A stretch of DNA of 64,000 nucleotides, taken from contig OY760175.1 in the NCBI GenBank assembly GCA_963663165.1, positions 1,536,001-1,600,000 of the forward strand, given 5' to 3'. The translations under genes were made by a program, and so were the position numbers. Of this stretch, positions 1 to 8,143 are shown one piece after another (position 1 is the first letter of the stretch; every line of letters begins with the position of its first letter). This stretch comes from an uncultured Desulfospira sp. (GTDB lineage Bacteria > Desulfobacterota > Desulfobacteria > Desulfobacterales > Desulfobacteraceae). The notes below the pieces were generated by a model, which made no database searches, was not told the DNA's origin, and saw nothing but the letters and a program-made list of their open reading frames with translations.

Positions 1-40
1 TTTACCATGAAACGTTGTCCATGAATTATCGTGATTGCTC

Positions 41-178
41 TCACCGGTGAATGGGATCAAGCACTTCTTCCGCCACAAGAGAGCGAATGATTATTTTTAA
101 CTTTTCGAGATTTTTCCCACGTTCTTTCATTTGCCTGATGTCACGCTCAAACTGCTTTGTATATGCAGGCGTAAGCAT
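41..178 (-). pseudogene. yafQ: Truncated YafQ-family mRNA interferase toxin (45 aa)
   Basis: Not in the ORF track. The ATG overlaps the antitoxin stop (TGATG). It reads MLTPAYTKQFERDIRQMKERGKNLEKLKIIIRSLVAEEVLDPIHR and then TGA; the catalytic C-terminal half (DH.L.G...ECHI..DWLLIY) is absent. Confidence 0.75.
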
Positions 179-438
179 CAGATTCCCAATTTTTTGAACA
201 TGTCATCCGTATCTTTGCAAATGACCAGATCCCGTCCGGCATCCGTCTGCGAAAAAGTTTTGAGCGTTGTTTTATTGGGAATTGCCACATCAAACGGAAG
301 CCCTTTTTTCAATTCAACCTGTTTATAAAATAAGGTGATCGCTTGAGTTGTGGTTAGCCCAAGCTGCTGAAATATATGCTCGGCTTTACCCTTTAAATCC
401 GGTTCAATTCGAGCCCTGATGGTGGATGTTTTGCCCAT
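178..438 (-). CDS. RelB/DinJ family antitoxin
   Basis: 86 aa with IRARIEPDLK..AE.IF..LGLTTTQAI.LFY.QV....GLPF, the RelB/DinJ signature; coupled to a YafQ-like frame. Confidence 0.9.
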   Translation of the reverse strand: MGKTSTIRARIEPDLKGKAEHIFQQLGLTTTQAITLFYKQVELKKGLPFDVAIPNKTTLKTFSQTDAGRDLVICKDTDDMFKKLGI

Positions 439-466
439 GATTTACCTCTCTGTGGATATAATATAT

Positions 467-495
467 TTTGTAGCTCAAATGAGGAACACTGTCAA
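467..495 (-). promoter_or_regulatory. Sigma70-type promoter of the dinJ-yafQ module
   Basis: TTGACA-17 bp-TACAAA on the minus strand. Confidence 0.55.
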
Positions 496-550
496 GCAGT
501 GAGATTTCATCAGGATTCCAAATAAACGCCTCAGATGACTTCTCAGTAAT

Positions 551-654
551 AAATGGGGGGCCACGCCAATGTATTTAAAATACAAACAGCCTTAATTTTA
601 GGCCTCATTTCCGCCTTAATCAGCCCTGTTTAGGCTCAAAAAACAGGGATTAAG
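551..654. repeat. ~105-bp direct repeat, copy 1
   Basis: Aligns by eye with 1524-1633 (AAATGGG..GCCAC..ATTTAAAATACA..AGCCTTAATTTT..ATTTCCGCCTTAATCAGCCCT..AGGCTCAAAAAACA.GG..TAAG). Confidence 0.85.
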
Positions 655-660
655 GATTTA

Positions 661-752
661 CATGAAAGTCTTACTAACAATCTGAAAAGACTTTCATTTT
701 TCGTTGTGGCCCGATGCTCGGTTGGATAACCCAATCGGGCCATGCCCGTTAG
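661..752 (-). repeat. ~90-bp two-hairpin intergenic element (family A), copy 1
   Basis: ATGAAAGTCT...AGACTTTCAT hairpin plus GTTGTGG...GGTTGGATAACC...CCGTTA; similar to 19796, 24602 and 52091. Confidence 0.8.
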
Positions 753-802
753 TAAACTCAAAGATACTATAAATTCATCGGCCCCATAGTGGAGCCGGAT
801 CA

Positions 803-850
803 AAACCCAAAGGCCGGTCGAAATTTTATTTTCGTCCGGCCTTTGGGTTT
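803..850. terminator. Long hairpin downstream of parE
   Basis: AAACCCAAAGGCCGG...CCGGCCTTTGGGTTT inverted repeat. Confidence 0.6.
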
Positions 851-880
851 CATGATCCCCATAGCCTGGTTAAACAGTTT

Positions 881-1168
881 TTAAGCTTTTAGGATCTGAA
901 TAATGTTTCTGGCCCCATGAGGTACTCTTTCAATGCGTATATTGGGACCAGCGGTATAAAAAATCAGGTAGGATTTAAATGGAACCATTCTAATATTGTC
1001 CCCGAAATCGGGGCGCAGGGGATATAAATCCGGCGTATCGGTTAACTGTTGACACACCTCCCTGACCTCTAAAATAAAAGACAAAGCCCGCGAAGGGTTA
1101 TCTTTAGCGATATAGTCACCAATTTCTTCAAGATCAAATTCAGCAAGAGGTGAAAAATAACAGTGCAT
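881..1168 (-). CDS. RelE/ParE family toxin
   Basis: 95 aa with FSPLAEFDLEEIGDYIA.DNP.RA...YLIFY...RV.HGAR, typical of ParE. Confidence 0.9.
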   Translation of the reverse strand: MHCYFSPLAEFDLEEIGDYIAKDNPSRALSFILEVREVCQQLTDTPDLYPLRPDFGDNIRMVPFKSYLIFYTAGPNIRIERVPHGARNIIQILKA

Positions 1169-1174
1169 TGAATT

Positions 1175-1435
1175 TTATCCCTTTGTTCCCCAATCTCTAT
1201 ATTTGGCTTCCAGGCGATTGAAAACTATGTCCACTGGTGTGCCGTCACCACTGTCTTTTCCGGCTTGAATTTTCGCTTTCAATTGTTGAATCTGAATAGC
1301 GTGAATTTCTTCTTGTTCTTCAAACAAACGCAACGCTTCCCGTATGACTTCGCTGGCACTGGTATATCGCCCGCTTTCCACTTTGCTTTTAATCATATTT
1401 TCAAAATGTGGTCCTATGGCATAACTACTTGGCAT
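1175..1435 (-). CDS. ParD family (CC2985-type) antitoxin
   Basis: VESGRY.SASEVIREALRL motif; lies directly upstream of the ParE toxin. Confidence 0.9.
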   Translation of the reverse strand: MPSSYAIGPHFENMIKSKVESGRYTSASEVIREALRLFEEQEEIHAIQIQQLKAKIQAGKDSGDGTPVDIVFNRLEAKYRDWGTKG

Positions 1436-1523
1436 TCCCGCCCCCTTTTATCAGATATTATCACTATTTGATAAATCCTACCATCTTATCGACGAGGTGT
1501 CATCAAAATTTTTAAAATGTTTA

Positions 1524-1633
1524 AAATGGGGTCGGGCCACACTAACGCATTTAAAATACATTAGATAGCCTTAATTTTTGGTCCTATTTCCGCCTTAATC
1601 AGCCCTTTTCAGGCTCAAAAAACAAGGGCTAAG
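1524..1633. repeat. ~105-bp direct repeat, copy 2
   Basis: Similar to 551-654. Confidence 0.85.
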
Positions 1634-1742
1634 AATATTTTTTTATAACTGGCGAAGGTAAAGGTCTGTAAGAGGCCTGTCCCCCCAGGCAAACGGATAT
1701 CTAAGATGATTGCAGATAACAATCGGCAGGCGTGCGAACGGC

Positions 1743-1790
1743 AAAAAAAAGCGCACCCTAAAGCCATACCGGCTTTGGGGTGCGCTTTTA
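1743..1790 (-). terminator. Rho-independent terminator of the qrc operon
   Basis: AAAAGCGCACCC..AAAGCC...GGCTTT.GGGTGCGC hairpin followed by a T8 run on the minus strand. Confidence 0.75.
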
Positions 1791-1832
1791 AACTTTATGG
1801 CCCTCTCTCTGGTTCAGGAAAGGGTCATGATG

Positions 1833-1991
1833 CTAATGGTGAGAATCGCCCTTATCCGTGACCGTGTCATAGGCGGCCTTAAGGATACAGTAGGTCATGC
1901 CGGCACCGAGGATGCCGATGGCGTACCAGAATCCGCCGAAGAAGACGGCATGGCCGATGTCCCAGGCCCATTCAAAGCAAAATGGAAACAT
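1833..1991 (-). CDS. Small single-TM membrane protein (52 aa), last gene of the qrc operon
   Basis: Below the ORF-track cutoff. RBS AAGGAG lies just after the qrcD stop. Sequence MFPFCFEWAWDIGHAVFFGGFWYAIGILGAGMTYCILKAAYDTVTDKGDSHH*; it precedes the terminator. Confidence 0.75.
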   Translation of the reverse strand: MFPFCFEWAWDIGHAVFFGGFWYAIGILGAGMTYCILKAAYDTVTDKGDSHH

Positions 1992-2006
1992 AGGTTCTCT
2001 CCTTTT

Positions 2007-3254
2007 TTATTGTTCAGCCTGGGGCTGGTTCAGTTCGAGTTCCTGGGGAAATACCGGCAGGTAGCGGTAGGCCACGGCGATCAGGATAATCCCGTAAGCC
2101 ACGGGCAGAACCGTTGTGGCGATTTCCTGCCATGAGGGGAAGTACAATGCCCAGGTATCAAAGCTCATGACCGGTACGGCCATGATCTGAAGGACCATTA
2201 CCCACCGGTTAAGGCAGACCCCGATAACGGCAAGGATAATGGCGATCAGCCTGAAAGCGCCGCTTTCACGGGTAGGCCTGAAAATCAGGATAAGCCCGGG
2301 AATTACGCCGCAAAGGATGATCTCGGTAAACAGTATCCAGTATCCGTAAAATCCGTTGTTGCTGTAAAAATGGCCTAAAGTAAAGCCCATGCTTGGGGCG
2401 GTGACATTGGCCCAGTAAATGGTGTCAATGATCTTGGCAATGATATAGGTGGTGATCATCCAGCCTGAAATCTTGGCCAGCAGGTGGATGGTTTTGTCGC
2501 TCACCAGCTTTTTACCGGTGATGGCCTCGGTCATCCTTGTAACCAGCAGGGTGAAACAGGGGCCGAAAGCCGCTGCCGACCAAGTGAACAGGAAAAAGGT
2601 CCAGGGCCAGATGAGCAGCCCTTCCCGGTAGGCAAAAGGACGGCCGAACATAACACCGGCAACCCCGCCCAGGGAACCCTGATGGAAAAAGGACAGGAAC
2701 GCGCCGGTAGCGGCAAAGACCGCCATGACCCCGTGCATGTTGTGGGCCAGGTGGTGGCAGAAGGGCACCTTGTTAAGCTGTCTGTTTTCCAGAATATTGG
2801 GAATAAACTCAATGGTCAGGACCGCAAAGTAGCAGGACAGGCAAAAGGCTACCTCGGTAAGCATTGAGTGGACATTGGCATGCCAGAAGATGAACCAGCC
2901 GCGCAGGGGCTGTCCAATATCAATGGCCAGGATCAGCAGGGCCGAGCTGTAACAGATAAACCCGATGATCACGGCAAAGTTGATGATGTTTTTTAACTCG
3001 TCCACCTTAAAGATGTATTTAAGCAGGCCCGTGAAAAAGGCCCCGCCCCCTACGGCGATGACGGCCAGGTCAGCCCAGATCCAGAGGGCAAACCCGTAAT
3101 AGTCGTTCATGTTGGTCTGGTTCAAGCCCTTGAACCAGCACAGCAGCATGGCGAAAACGCCCCAGAGCAGTACAGCGCCGACAATGACAATCCCAATCAT
3201 AAACTTTGGAAAAGAGCACCGTCTGGCACCTTCGGGTATTAATGCAGAATCCAT
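2007..3254 (-). CDS. qrcD: Menaquinone reductase integral membrane subunit (NrfD/PsrC family)
   Basis: Multi-TM protein with DIGQPLRGW, LTEVAFC and SFFHQGSLGG motifs; fourth gene of a cytochrome c / molybdopterin-like / FeS / NrfD operon. Confidence 0.9.
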   Translation of the reverse strand: MDSALIPEGARRCSFPKFMIGIVIVGAVLLWGVFAMLLCWFKGLNQTNMNDYYGFALWIWADLAVIAVGGGAFFTGLLKYIFKVDELKNIINFAVIIGFICYSSALLILAIDIGQPLRGWFIFWHANVHSMLTEVAFCLSCYFAVLTIEFIPNILENRQLNKVPFCHHLAHNMHGVMAVFAATGAFLSFFHQGSLGGVAGVMFGRPFAYREGLLIWPWTFFLFTWSAAAFGPCFTLLVTRMTEAITGKKLVSDKTIHLLAKISGWMITTYIIAKIIDTIYWANVTAPSMGFTLGHFYSNNGFYGYWILFTEIILCGVIPGLILIFRPTRESGAFRLIAIILAVIGVCLNRWVMVLQIMAVPVMSFDTWALYFPSWQEIATTVLPVAYGIILIAVAYRYLPVFPQELELNQPQAEQ

Positions 3255-3278
3255 AGTGTTTGTCTCCTAAGTTTAATG

Positions 3279-4133
3279 TTATCCATGGGATTCGGAACCG
3301 TGATGATTCTTCACCTTGTCCCATTCACCCTTAAGGTAGTTGTCCCCGGCCTTTCTGACCCACTCGCGTTCAGACATGTAATAGACCTTGGGATTGGTCC
3401 CGAGCCGTTCAAGAAGCCGGAACACATTCGGGTTCCTGGATTTTCCCACCACACTGTGGTTCTTTGGATCCGGATGGGGATCTGGTTTGACAATCTGGTG
3501 AACCTGATGGGAGGGATTGTTCAAATCACCGAACACAATGGCCCCTGCCGGGCATGCCGTGGTGCAGGCGGTCTGGTATTCGTTTTCTTCGATTTCCCGG
3601 TCCTCCACATAGGCCTGTTCCTTGGCCAGCTGATACCGGTGGTAGCAGAAGCTGCACTTTTCAACGATGCCCCTCATTCTCGGAGAGACATTGGGGCTTA
3701 AGTAATTTTCCATGCCCTCAGGCCATTTGGGGTCCCACCAGTTAAAATACCGGGCATGGTACGGGCAGGCCCCCATGCAGTACCGGCAGCCAAAGCAACG
3801 GGTGTAAATCTGGCTGACAATTCCCGTGTCATACCCGTAGTCCGTGGCCGTTGCCGGGCATACGGAAACACAGGGGGAGTGGCCGTGGTCCCCTTTGCCG
3901 CCGCAGTGCTGGCAAGGACGGGGAATATAGGCCACCTCAGTGTTGGGAAACGTTTTGCCGTTGGTTATTTTATAAACGCGCATCCAGGTGATGCTGTCCT
4001 TTTTCCTGGACTCATCCTCCTTAAACGGAACGTTATTCTCCGACATGCAGGATACCATGCAGGAGCCGCATCCGGTGCATTTGTCCAGATCAATAACCAT
4101 TCCGAACTTGTGTGCTTTTGTATCGTGTGTCAT
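3279..4133 (-). CDS. qrcC: Menaquinone reductase iron-sulfur subunit (DmsB/NrfC-like)
   Basis: CTGCGSC..C, CQHC, CVSVCP, CFGCRYCMGACP, KCSFC and ACTTACP cysteine motifs. Confidence 0.9.
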   Translation of the reverse strand: MTHDTKAHKFGMVIDLDKCTGCGSCMVSCMSENNVPFKEDESRKKDSITWMRVYKITNGKTFPNTEVAYIPRPCQHCGGKGDHGHSPCVSVCPATATDYGYDTGIVSQIYTRCFGCRYCMGACPYHARYFNWWDPKWPEGMENYLSPNVSPRMRGIVEKCSFCYHRYQLAKEQAYVEDREIEENEYQTACTTACPAGAIVFGDLNNPSHQVHQIVKPDPHPDPKNHSVVGKSRNPNVFRLLERLGTNPKVYYMSEREWVRKAGDNYLKGEWDKVKNHHGSESHG

Positions 4134-4159
4134 CAGAACCTCTTAAGATTGTTAGTCAT

Positions 4160-6286
4160 TTAGGCTTTGGAAAGGCTTGCCCTGATTCCAAAGGCAGCAT
4201 CCAGTCCGGAACCGGTTTCAATCACCGGACCGATCAGGTCATTTACATTTACGCCCTTGTTGGAGACAAACTTATTGTCAAAGGTATGGCCAAGTCCCCT
4301 GACCATCCCGATAACGCCGGGCATAATCCCGTGGTTCAGATTCACTCTTACCCGGGCCGAGCCCGCTGGGGTTTCCAGCATGGCAAAGCTGCCGTCCACT
4401 AATCCCCCGGCGGTTTGCGGATTTACTTCCACCAGGATGTCTTTGCCGGCAAGGACCTTGTCGGAAACGGTTTTTACGGCAAAGGGGGAGGCGGCAGGAA
4501 CGGCCTGGGTTAAACGCATATTGTCAATGGGAATCAGAAGAAGTTTGCCCTCCCCTTCAGGTTGAACACTTGCAGGGTTCTGGGACAAAAAGGAAAAATC
4601 AACGTTGGGAAACCCTGAGGGCAACTCCTGGGAAACACTGGCATAGCCGTCTTCTGAAAGGGTGTCCCAGATATCGGCGGCCAGAGCCTCCAGGCATTCG
4701 TCATAGGATTCCCAGGCAAAGCTTTCGGCCACACTGTCCCCTACGGCAGAGGCCAGGGCTATCAGGGCATCCCCCGGGGATTTGGTATCAAAAACAGGAC
4801 CCACCATGGTCCGGGTCAAGCCCACGGTCCGGGCAGGCAGTGCGCCGCCGGGGGCCACATCTTCTGTTTTTTCCAGAAAGGTGCTCATGGGCAGGACAAC
4901 GTCTGCGGCCAAGGCCGTCTCGTCCAGGAAGGATGAAAAGGCCACCACAAAGGGAATTTTTTCAAAGGCTTTTTTAACGGCTTCGGGCTGATTTAAGGTG
5001 TAGCAGGGATTGGCGTTGTAAACCAGCAGGGCATCCAGGGCCGGATCACCGTCCTGTCCCAATGCCTGAACAAGGGCGTTAACCGAGACGGCGGCCTTGT
5101 CTTTGCCGGCACCGGCTTCGGCGGTTTCATCCATGACCGGATCCGGGAAGGACAGATAGCTTTCTTTGGGCAGGACAAACACCCCGCCTTGTTTGTTGAT
5201 GTTTCCCTTTAACAGGTTCAGGGCATAGACCGCTGCAAATTCTTTAAGGCTCTGGGCCCCGGCACCTCTGCCCTTGCCCGGAACCGCCACGGCAGTTTTG
5301 GCATCGGCAAACATCAGGGCGGTTTTCCTGATATCTTCAGCCGATACCCCGGTTACCTCGGCCATCTTTTCAGGGGCATAATCTGTTTCAAGGAAGGCCA
5401 CAAACTTGTTAAACCCGCCTTTAAATGTGGATGTAAACCCTGAATCAAATTTTTTCTCCTGAATCAGCACCGCACACATGGATAGGGCCAAATCCCCTTC
5501 GGTCCCGGGTTTGACCGGGATCCACCTGTCAGCGCTGGCGGCCGTGTTGGACAGGCGCGGTTCAATCTGGAAAAGTTTGGCGTGCCGTTCTTTTCGGGAG
5601 GCATTGGCTTTAAAGCAATGGACCGGAGATCCCCATCCTTCAATGATACCGGCGCCAAAGCTTAACACAAACTCTGAATTTTCAAGGTCAAACCCTAAGG
5701 TATTGCCCTGGCCGTGAAAGGTGGCGGCGGTCAGCTCAAGGGTGGCGTCCAGGCCCGGCATGGCATAAAAATTGGGAGACCCGAATGCGGTCAGAAACCG
5801 TTTAAACAGCCCGGGTACCGAGCCGGCATCCTTGTCACAGATGCAGCCAAGTTTTTCCGGGGCGCTGCCCCTGACCTCACCGAGTTTTTCGGCCACCAGG
5901 GAGATGGCGTCATCCCAGGAAACCGGTTCAAACCCGCTGCCGGTCTTTTTTAAAGGTTGTTTGACCCTTGCCGGGTCATAAAGGTATTGGAGACCGGCAA
6001 TCCCGTGGAGGCAGGCCCCGCCGTCATTGACCGGATATCCGTCAAGGCCCTCTATTTTCACGGGCCGGTTGTCTATTTTTCTAACGCTGATCCCGCAACT
6101 TCCGGGACAGAGGCTGCAAACCGAAGCGTCATATGAAATTTGGCCGTCATTGGGAACAGGGGTCCAGGGCCAGTTCTGTGTCCAGATGGATGAATCATCC
6201 GTCAATTTGACTCCCACAGGGGAAATCGCAACACCGGCAACTGCGCCAAGTCCCAGTCCCAAGAAGCTTCTTCTATCAACTTTCAT
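4160..6286 (-). CDS. qrcB: Menaquinone reductase molybdopterin-oxidoreductase-like subunit, Tat-exported
   Basis: Start moved to MKVDRRSFLG (Tat motif, RBS GAGGA). CSLCPGSC...C FeS motif and a molybdopterin oxidoreductase fold. Confidence 0.88.
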   Translation of the reverse strand: MKVDRRSFLGLGLGAVAGVAISPVGVKLTDDSSIWTQNWPWTPVPNDGQISYDASVCSLCPGSCGISVRKIDNRPVKIEGLDGYPVNDGGACLHGIAGLQYLYDPARVKQPLKKTGSGFEPVSWDDAISLVAEKLGEVRGSAPEKLGCICDKDAGSVPGLFKRFLTAFGSPNFYAMPGLDATLELTAATFHGQGNTLGFDLENSEFVLSFGAGIIEGWGSPVHCFKANASRKERHAKLFQIEPRLSNTAASADRWIPVKPGTEGDLALSMCAVLIQEKKFDSGFTSTFKGGFNKFVAFLETDYAPEKMAEVTGVSAEDIRKTALMFADAKTAVAVPGKGRGAGAQSLKEFAAVYALNLLKGNINKQGGVFVLPKESYLSFPDPVMDETAEAGAGKDKAAVSVNALVQALGQDGDPALDALLVYNANPCYTLNQPEAVKKAFEKIPFVVAFSSFLDETALAADVVLPMSTFLEKTEDVAPGGALPARTVGLTRTMVGPVFDTKSPGDALIALASAVGDSVAESFAWESYDECLEALAADIWDTLSEDGYASVSQELPSGFPNVDFSFLSQNPASVQPEGEGKLLLIPIDNMRLTQAVPAASPFAVKTVSDKVLAGKDILVEVNPQTAGGLVDGSFAMLETPAGSARVRVNLNHGIMPGVIGMVRGLGHTFDNKFVSNKGVNVNDLIGPVIETGSGLDAAFGIRASLSKA

Positions 6287-6332
6287 AAATTTAAGTCCTC
6301 TATAAAATTTGAAAATCGCTGTTGTCGGGGGC

Positions 6333-6998
6333 TTACTTGTGGCACTGGAAACAATAGCCCTGATGGCCGGTTTCCGTTTTGTGACACTCTGCGCAGTCAT
6401 CCATTTTCATCCGATCCCAGGAATGCTTTTTGATTCCCCAGATGTTCTTGCCCCAGATATCCCGGCTGTAGCCGGTAATCCTGTTTTCCTCATAAGGCCG
6501 CGAAGCGGTGGATTCGCCAATGTGGCCGTGACAGGTGACGCACTCCATGCCCGCCTTGTTGATATGGGCGGCATGGGAGAAAAACACACAGTCAGGCTGC
6601 CTTGAATAGACATGCCAGGGGACCTCTTTTTCCTGAGCCACATACTCTTCGGCGAACACGGCTTCATCTTCGGTCTCGCCCATGGCCTCTTCCGTATGGC
6701 ATTCCAGACAGGTTTCCATCTTGGGAATCCCGGAAAAGGTACCGTCCTCTCTTAGGAAATGGCAGGTTTCACAATCACCGGTTTCTTCTACATGCAGCGC
6801 ATGGTTAAAGTTAAAAGGTTGCTCCTTTTTTGAGTAAAGCAACTTAGGAAAAAGCAGCCAGCCGGACAAGAAGCATATCAAGAATGCCGCTATGAAAAAG
6901 ATAACGCCAAGGCCTAACCCTTTGTCATCTTTTGGATCTCCGGCAGTGCCATCCCCTGCACCTTCCATGGAACCCGCTTTGTTTTCTATTTTACTCAT
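6333..6998 (-). CDS. qrcA: Membrane-anchored pentaheme cytochrome c
   Basis: N-terminal TM helix and five CxxCH motifs (CETCH, CLECH, CVTCH, CAECH, CFQCH). Confidence 0.9.
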   Translation of the reverse strand: MSKIENKAGSMEGAGDGTAGDPKDDKGLGLGVIFFIAAFLICFLSGWLLFPKLLYSKKEQPFNFNHALHVEETGDCETCHFLREDGTFSGIPKMETCLECHTEEAMGETEDEAVFAEEYVAQEKEVPWHVYSRQPDCVFFSHAAHINKAGMECVTCHGHIGESTASRPYEENRITGYSRDIWGKNIWGIKKHSWDRMKMDDCAECHKTETGHQGYCFQCHK

Positions 6999-7133
6999 GA
7001 AAACTCCATCAAAGTTAAAAAGTTGATGTTACCTATCGCCTATTTGTCCGGGAACCGCCCGAACCTTTATTTTTTCGCAGGACACCCCTAAAGGCACCTG
7101 CAATTTATCGGTAAATGGGGCAATCAGCGTTAT

Positions 7134-7162
7134 TCTATATTAAGATCCTGTTTTGTTGTCAA
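7134..7162 (-). promoter_or_regulatory. Candidate sigma70 promoter of qrcABCD
   Basis: TTGACA-17 bp-TATAGA on the minus strand. Confidence 0.5.
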
Positions 7163-7223
7163 GTAAAGGATGAATTATCCCGGCCAAACGCCCTTGCAAA
7201 ACCCTAAAAAAATAAACCGCCCC

Positions 7224-7299
7224 CTCTTATTTCCTGTCTCTTATCTCTTGTTTCTTGTTTCCTGTCTCTTGTTTCCTGTCTCTTGTTTCTTGTCTCTTG
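7224..7299. repeat. Heptamer tandem array (TTGTTTC/CTGTCTC-type)
   Basis: About 10 degenerate 7-mers abutting the ccsA stop codon. Confidence 0.85.
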
Positions 7300-8139
7300 C
7301 TACGCATAGCTGTGAAGCCCTGACAAAAAGTAATTCACGCCAAAATAGGTGAACAGGACGGCCAGGAATCCCACAATGGAAACAATGGCAAGATTTTTGC
7401 CGTACCATCCGCGCATGAGCCTCAAATGCATGAAAATGGCGTAAATAAACCAGGTGATCAACGACCAGGTTTCTTTGGGGTCCCAGGACCAGTATTTTCC
7501 CCAGGCCGAGTTGGCCCAGACCGATCCGGTGATGATGCCGATGGTCAAAAACAGGAAACCAAATACCACCATCTGGTAGGTCAGCTCATCAATGATATCC
7601 CAGTCCGGCAGCCTTGAAAAAAACGATTTTACGGCCGGTTCCTTTGGCTTGACAAAATAAATGATGCTGAACCCGAATGCCACGGCAAAACCGGCATACC
7701 CCAAAAAACAGGTAATCACATGGGCTATGAGCCAGTTGGATTTCAAGGCCGGAATCAGGGGCGTGATCTTTGAACTCACATCCGGGTTAAAGGAGGCATA
7801 GGCAATGGCCAGAAAAATCAACGGAGAGACAAACACCCCGATAATGGTTTCCCGGTATTTGAGTTCCACAAAAATGTAAAGCACGGCCACGGTCCAGGAA
7901 AAAAAGACCAGGGACTCATACATGTTTGAAAAGGGGGCATGGCCGTACCCGAGATGATAGGACTCCACCCACCGCATGATAATGCCGGCTGTATTTACCA
8001 GAAGGCCGGCCACCAGGACAACGAACCCGGCCCGGCCCAAACCGTTTTTCTTAAAGGCGAACAACCCGATATAAAATACCGAGGCCAGTGCATAGATGAA
8101 CGTGGCCCATGATAATGCCATAGAACTGCTGATCCCCAT
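7300..8139 (-). CDS. ccsA: Cytochrome c biogenesis protein, system II (CcsA/ResC, WWD domain)
   Basis: WANSAWGKYWSWDPKETW, HAPFSNMYES and GLHSYA motifs; start placed at MGISS (RBS AGGA). Confidence 0.92.
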   Translation of the reverse strand: MGISSSMALSWATFIYALASVFYIGLFAFKKNGLGRAGFVVLVAGLLVNTAGIIMRWVESYHLGYGHAPFSNMYESLVFFSWTVAVLYIFVELKYRETIIGVFVSPLIFLAIAYASFNPDVSSKITPLIPALKSNWLIAHVITCFLGYAGFAVAFGFSIIYFVKPKEPAVKSFFSRLPDWDIIDELTYQMVVFGFLFLTIGIITGSVWANSAWGKYWSWDPKETWSLITWFIYAIFMHLRLMRGWYGKNLAIVSIVGFLAVLFTYFGVNYFLSGLHSYA

Positions 8140-8143
8140 GTGT

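Noticed and set aside
41..43. Selenocysteine read-through of the yafQ TGA
   Set aside because: The frame closes again four codons later and does not resemble YafQ.
4160..6400. qrcB as a catalytic formate dehydrogenase or nitrate reductase with the 746-aa start
   Set aside because: The operon context matches Qrc; the upstream start overlaps qrcA and the Tat motif begins at 6286.
7170..7352. ORFs 7170-7352, 42010-42357, 49834-50040 and 59790-59999
   Set aside because: They are low-complexity translations of heptamer repeats.
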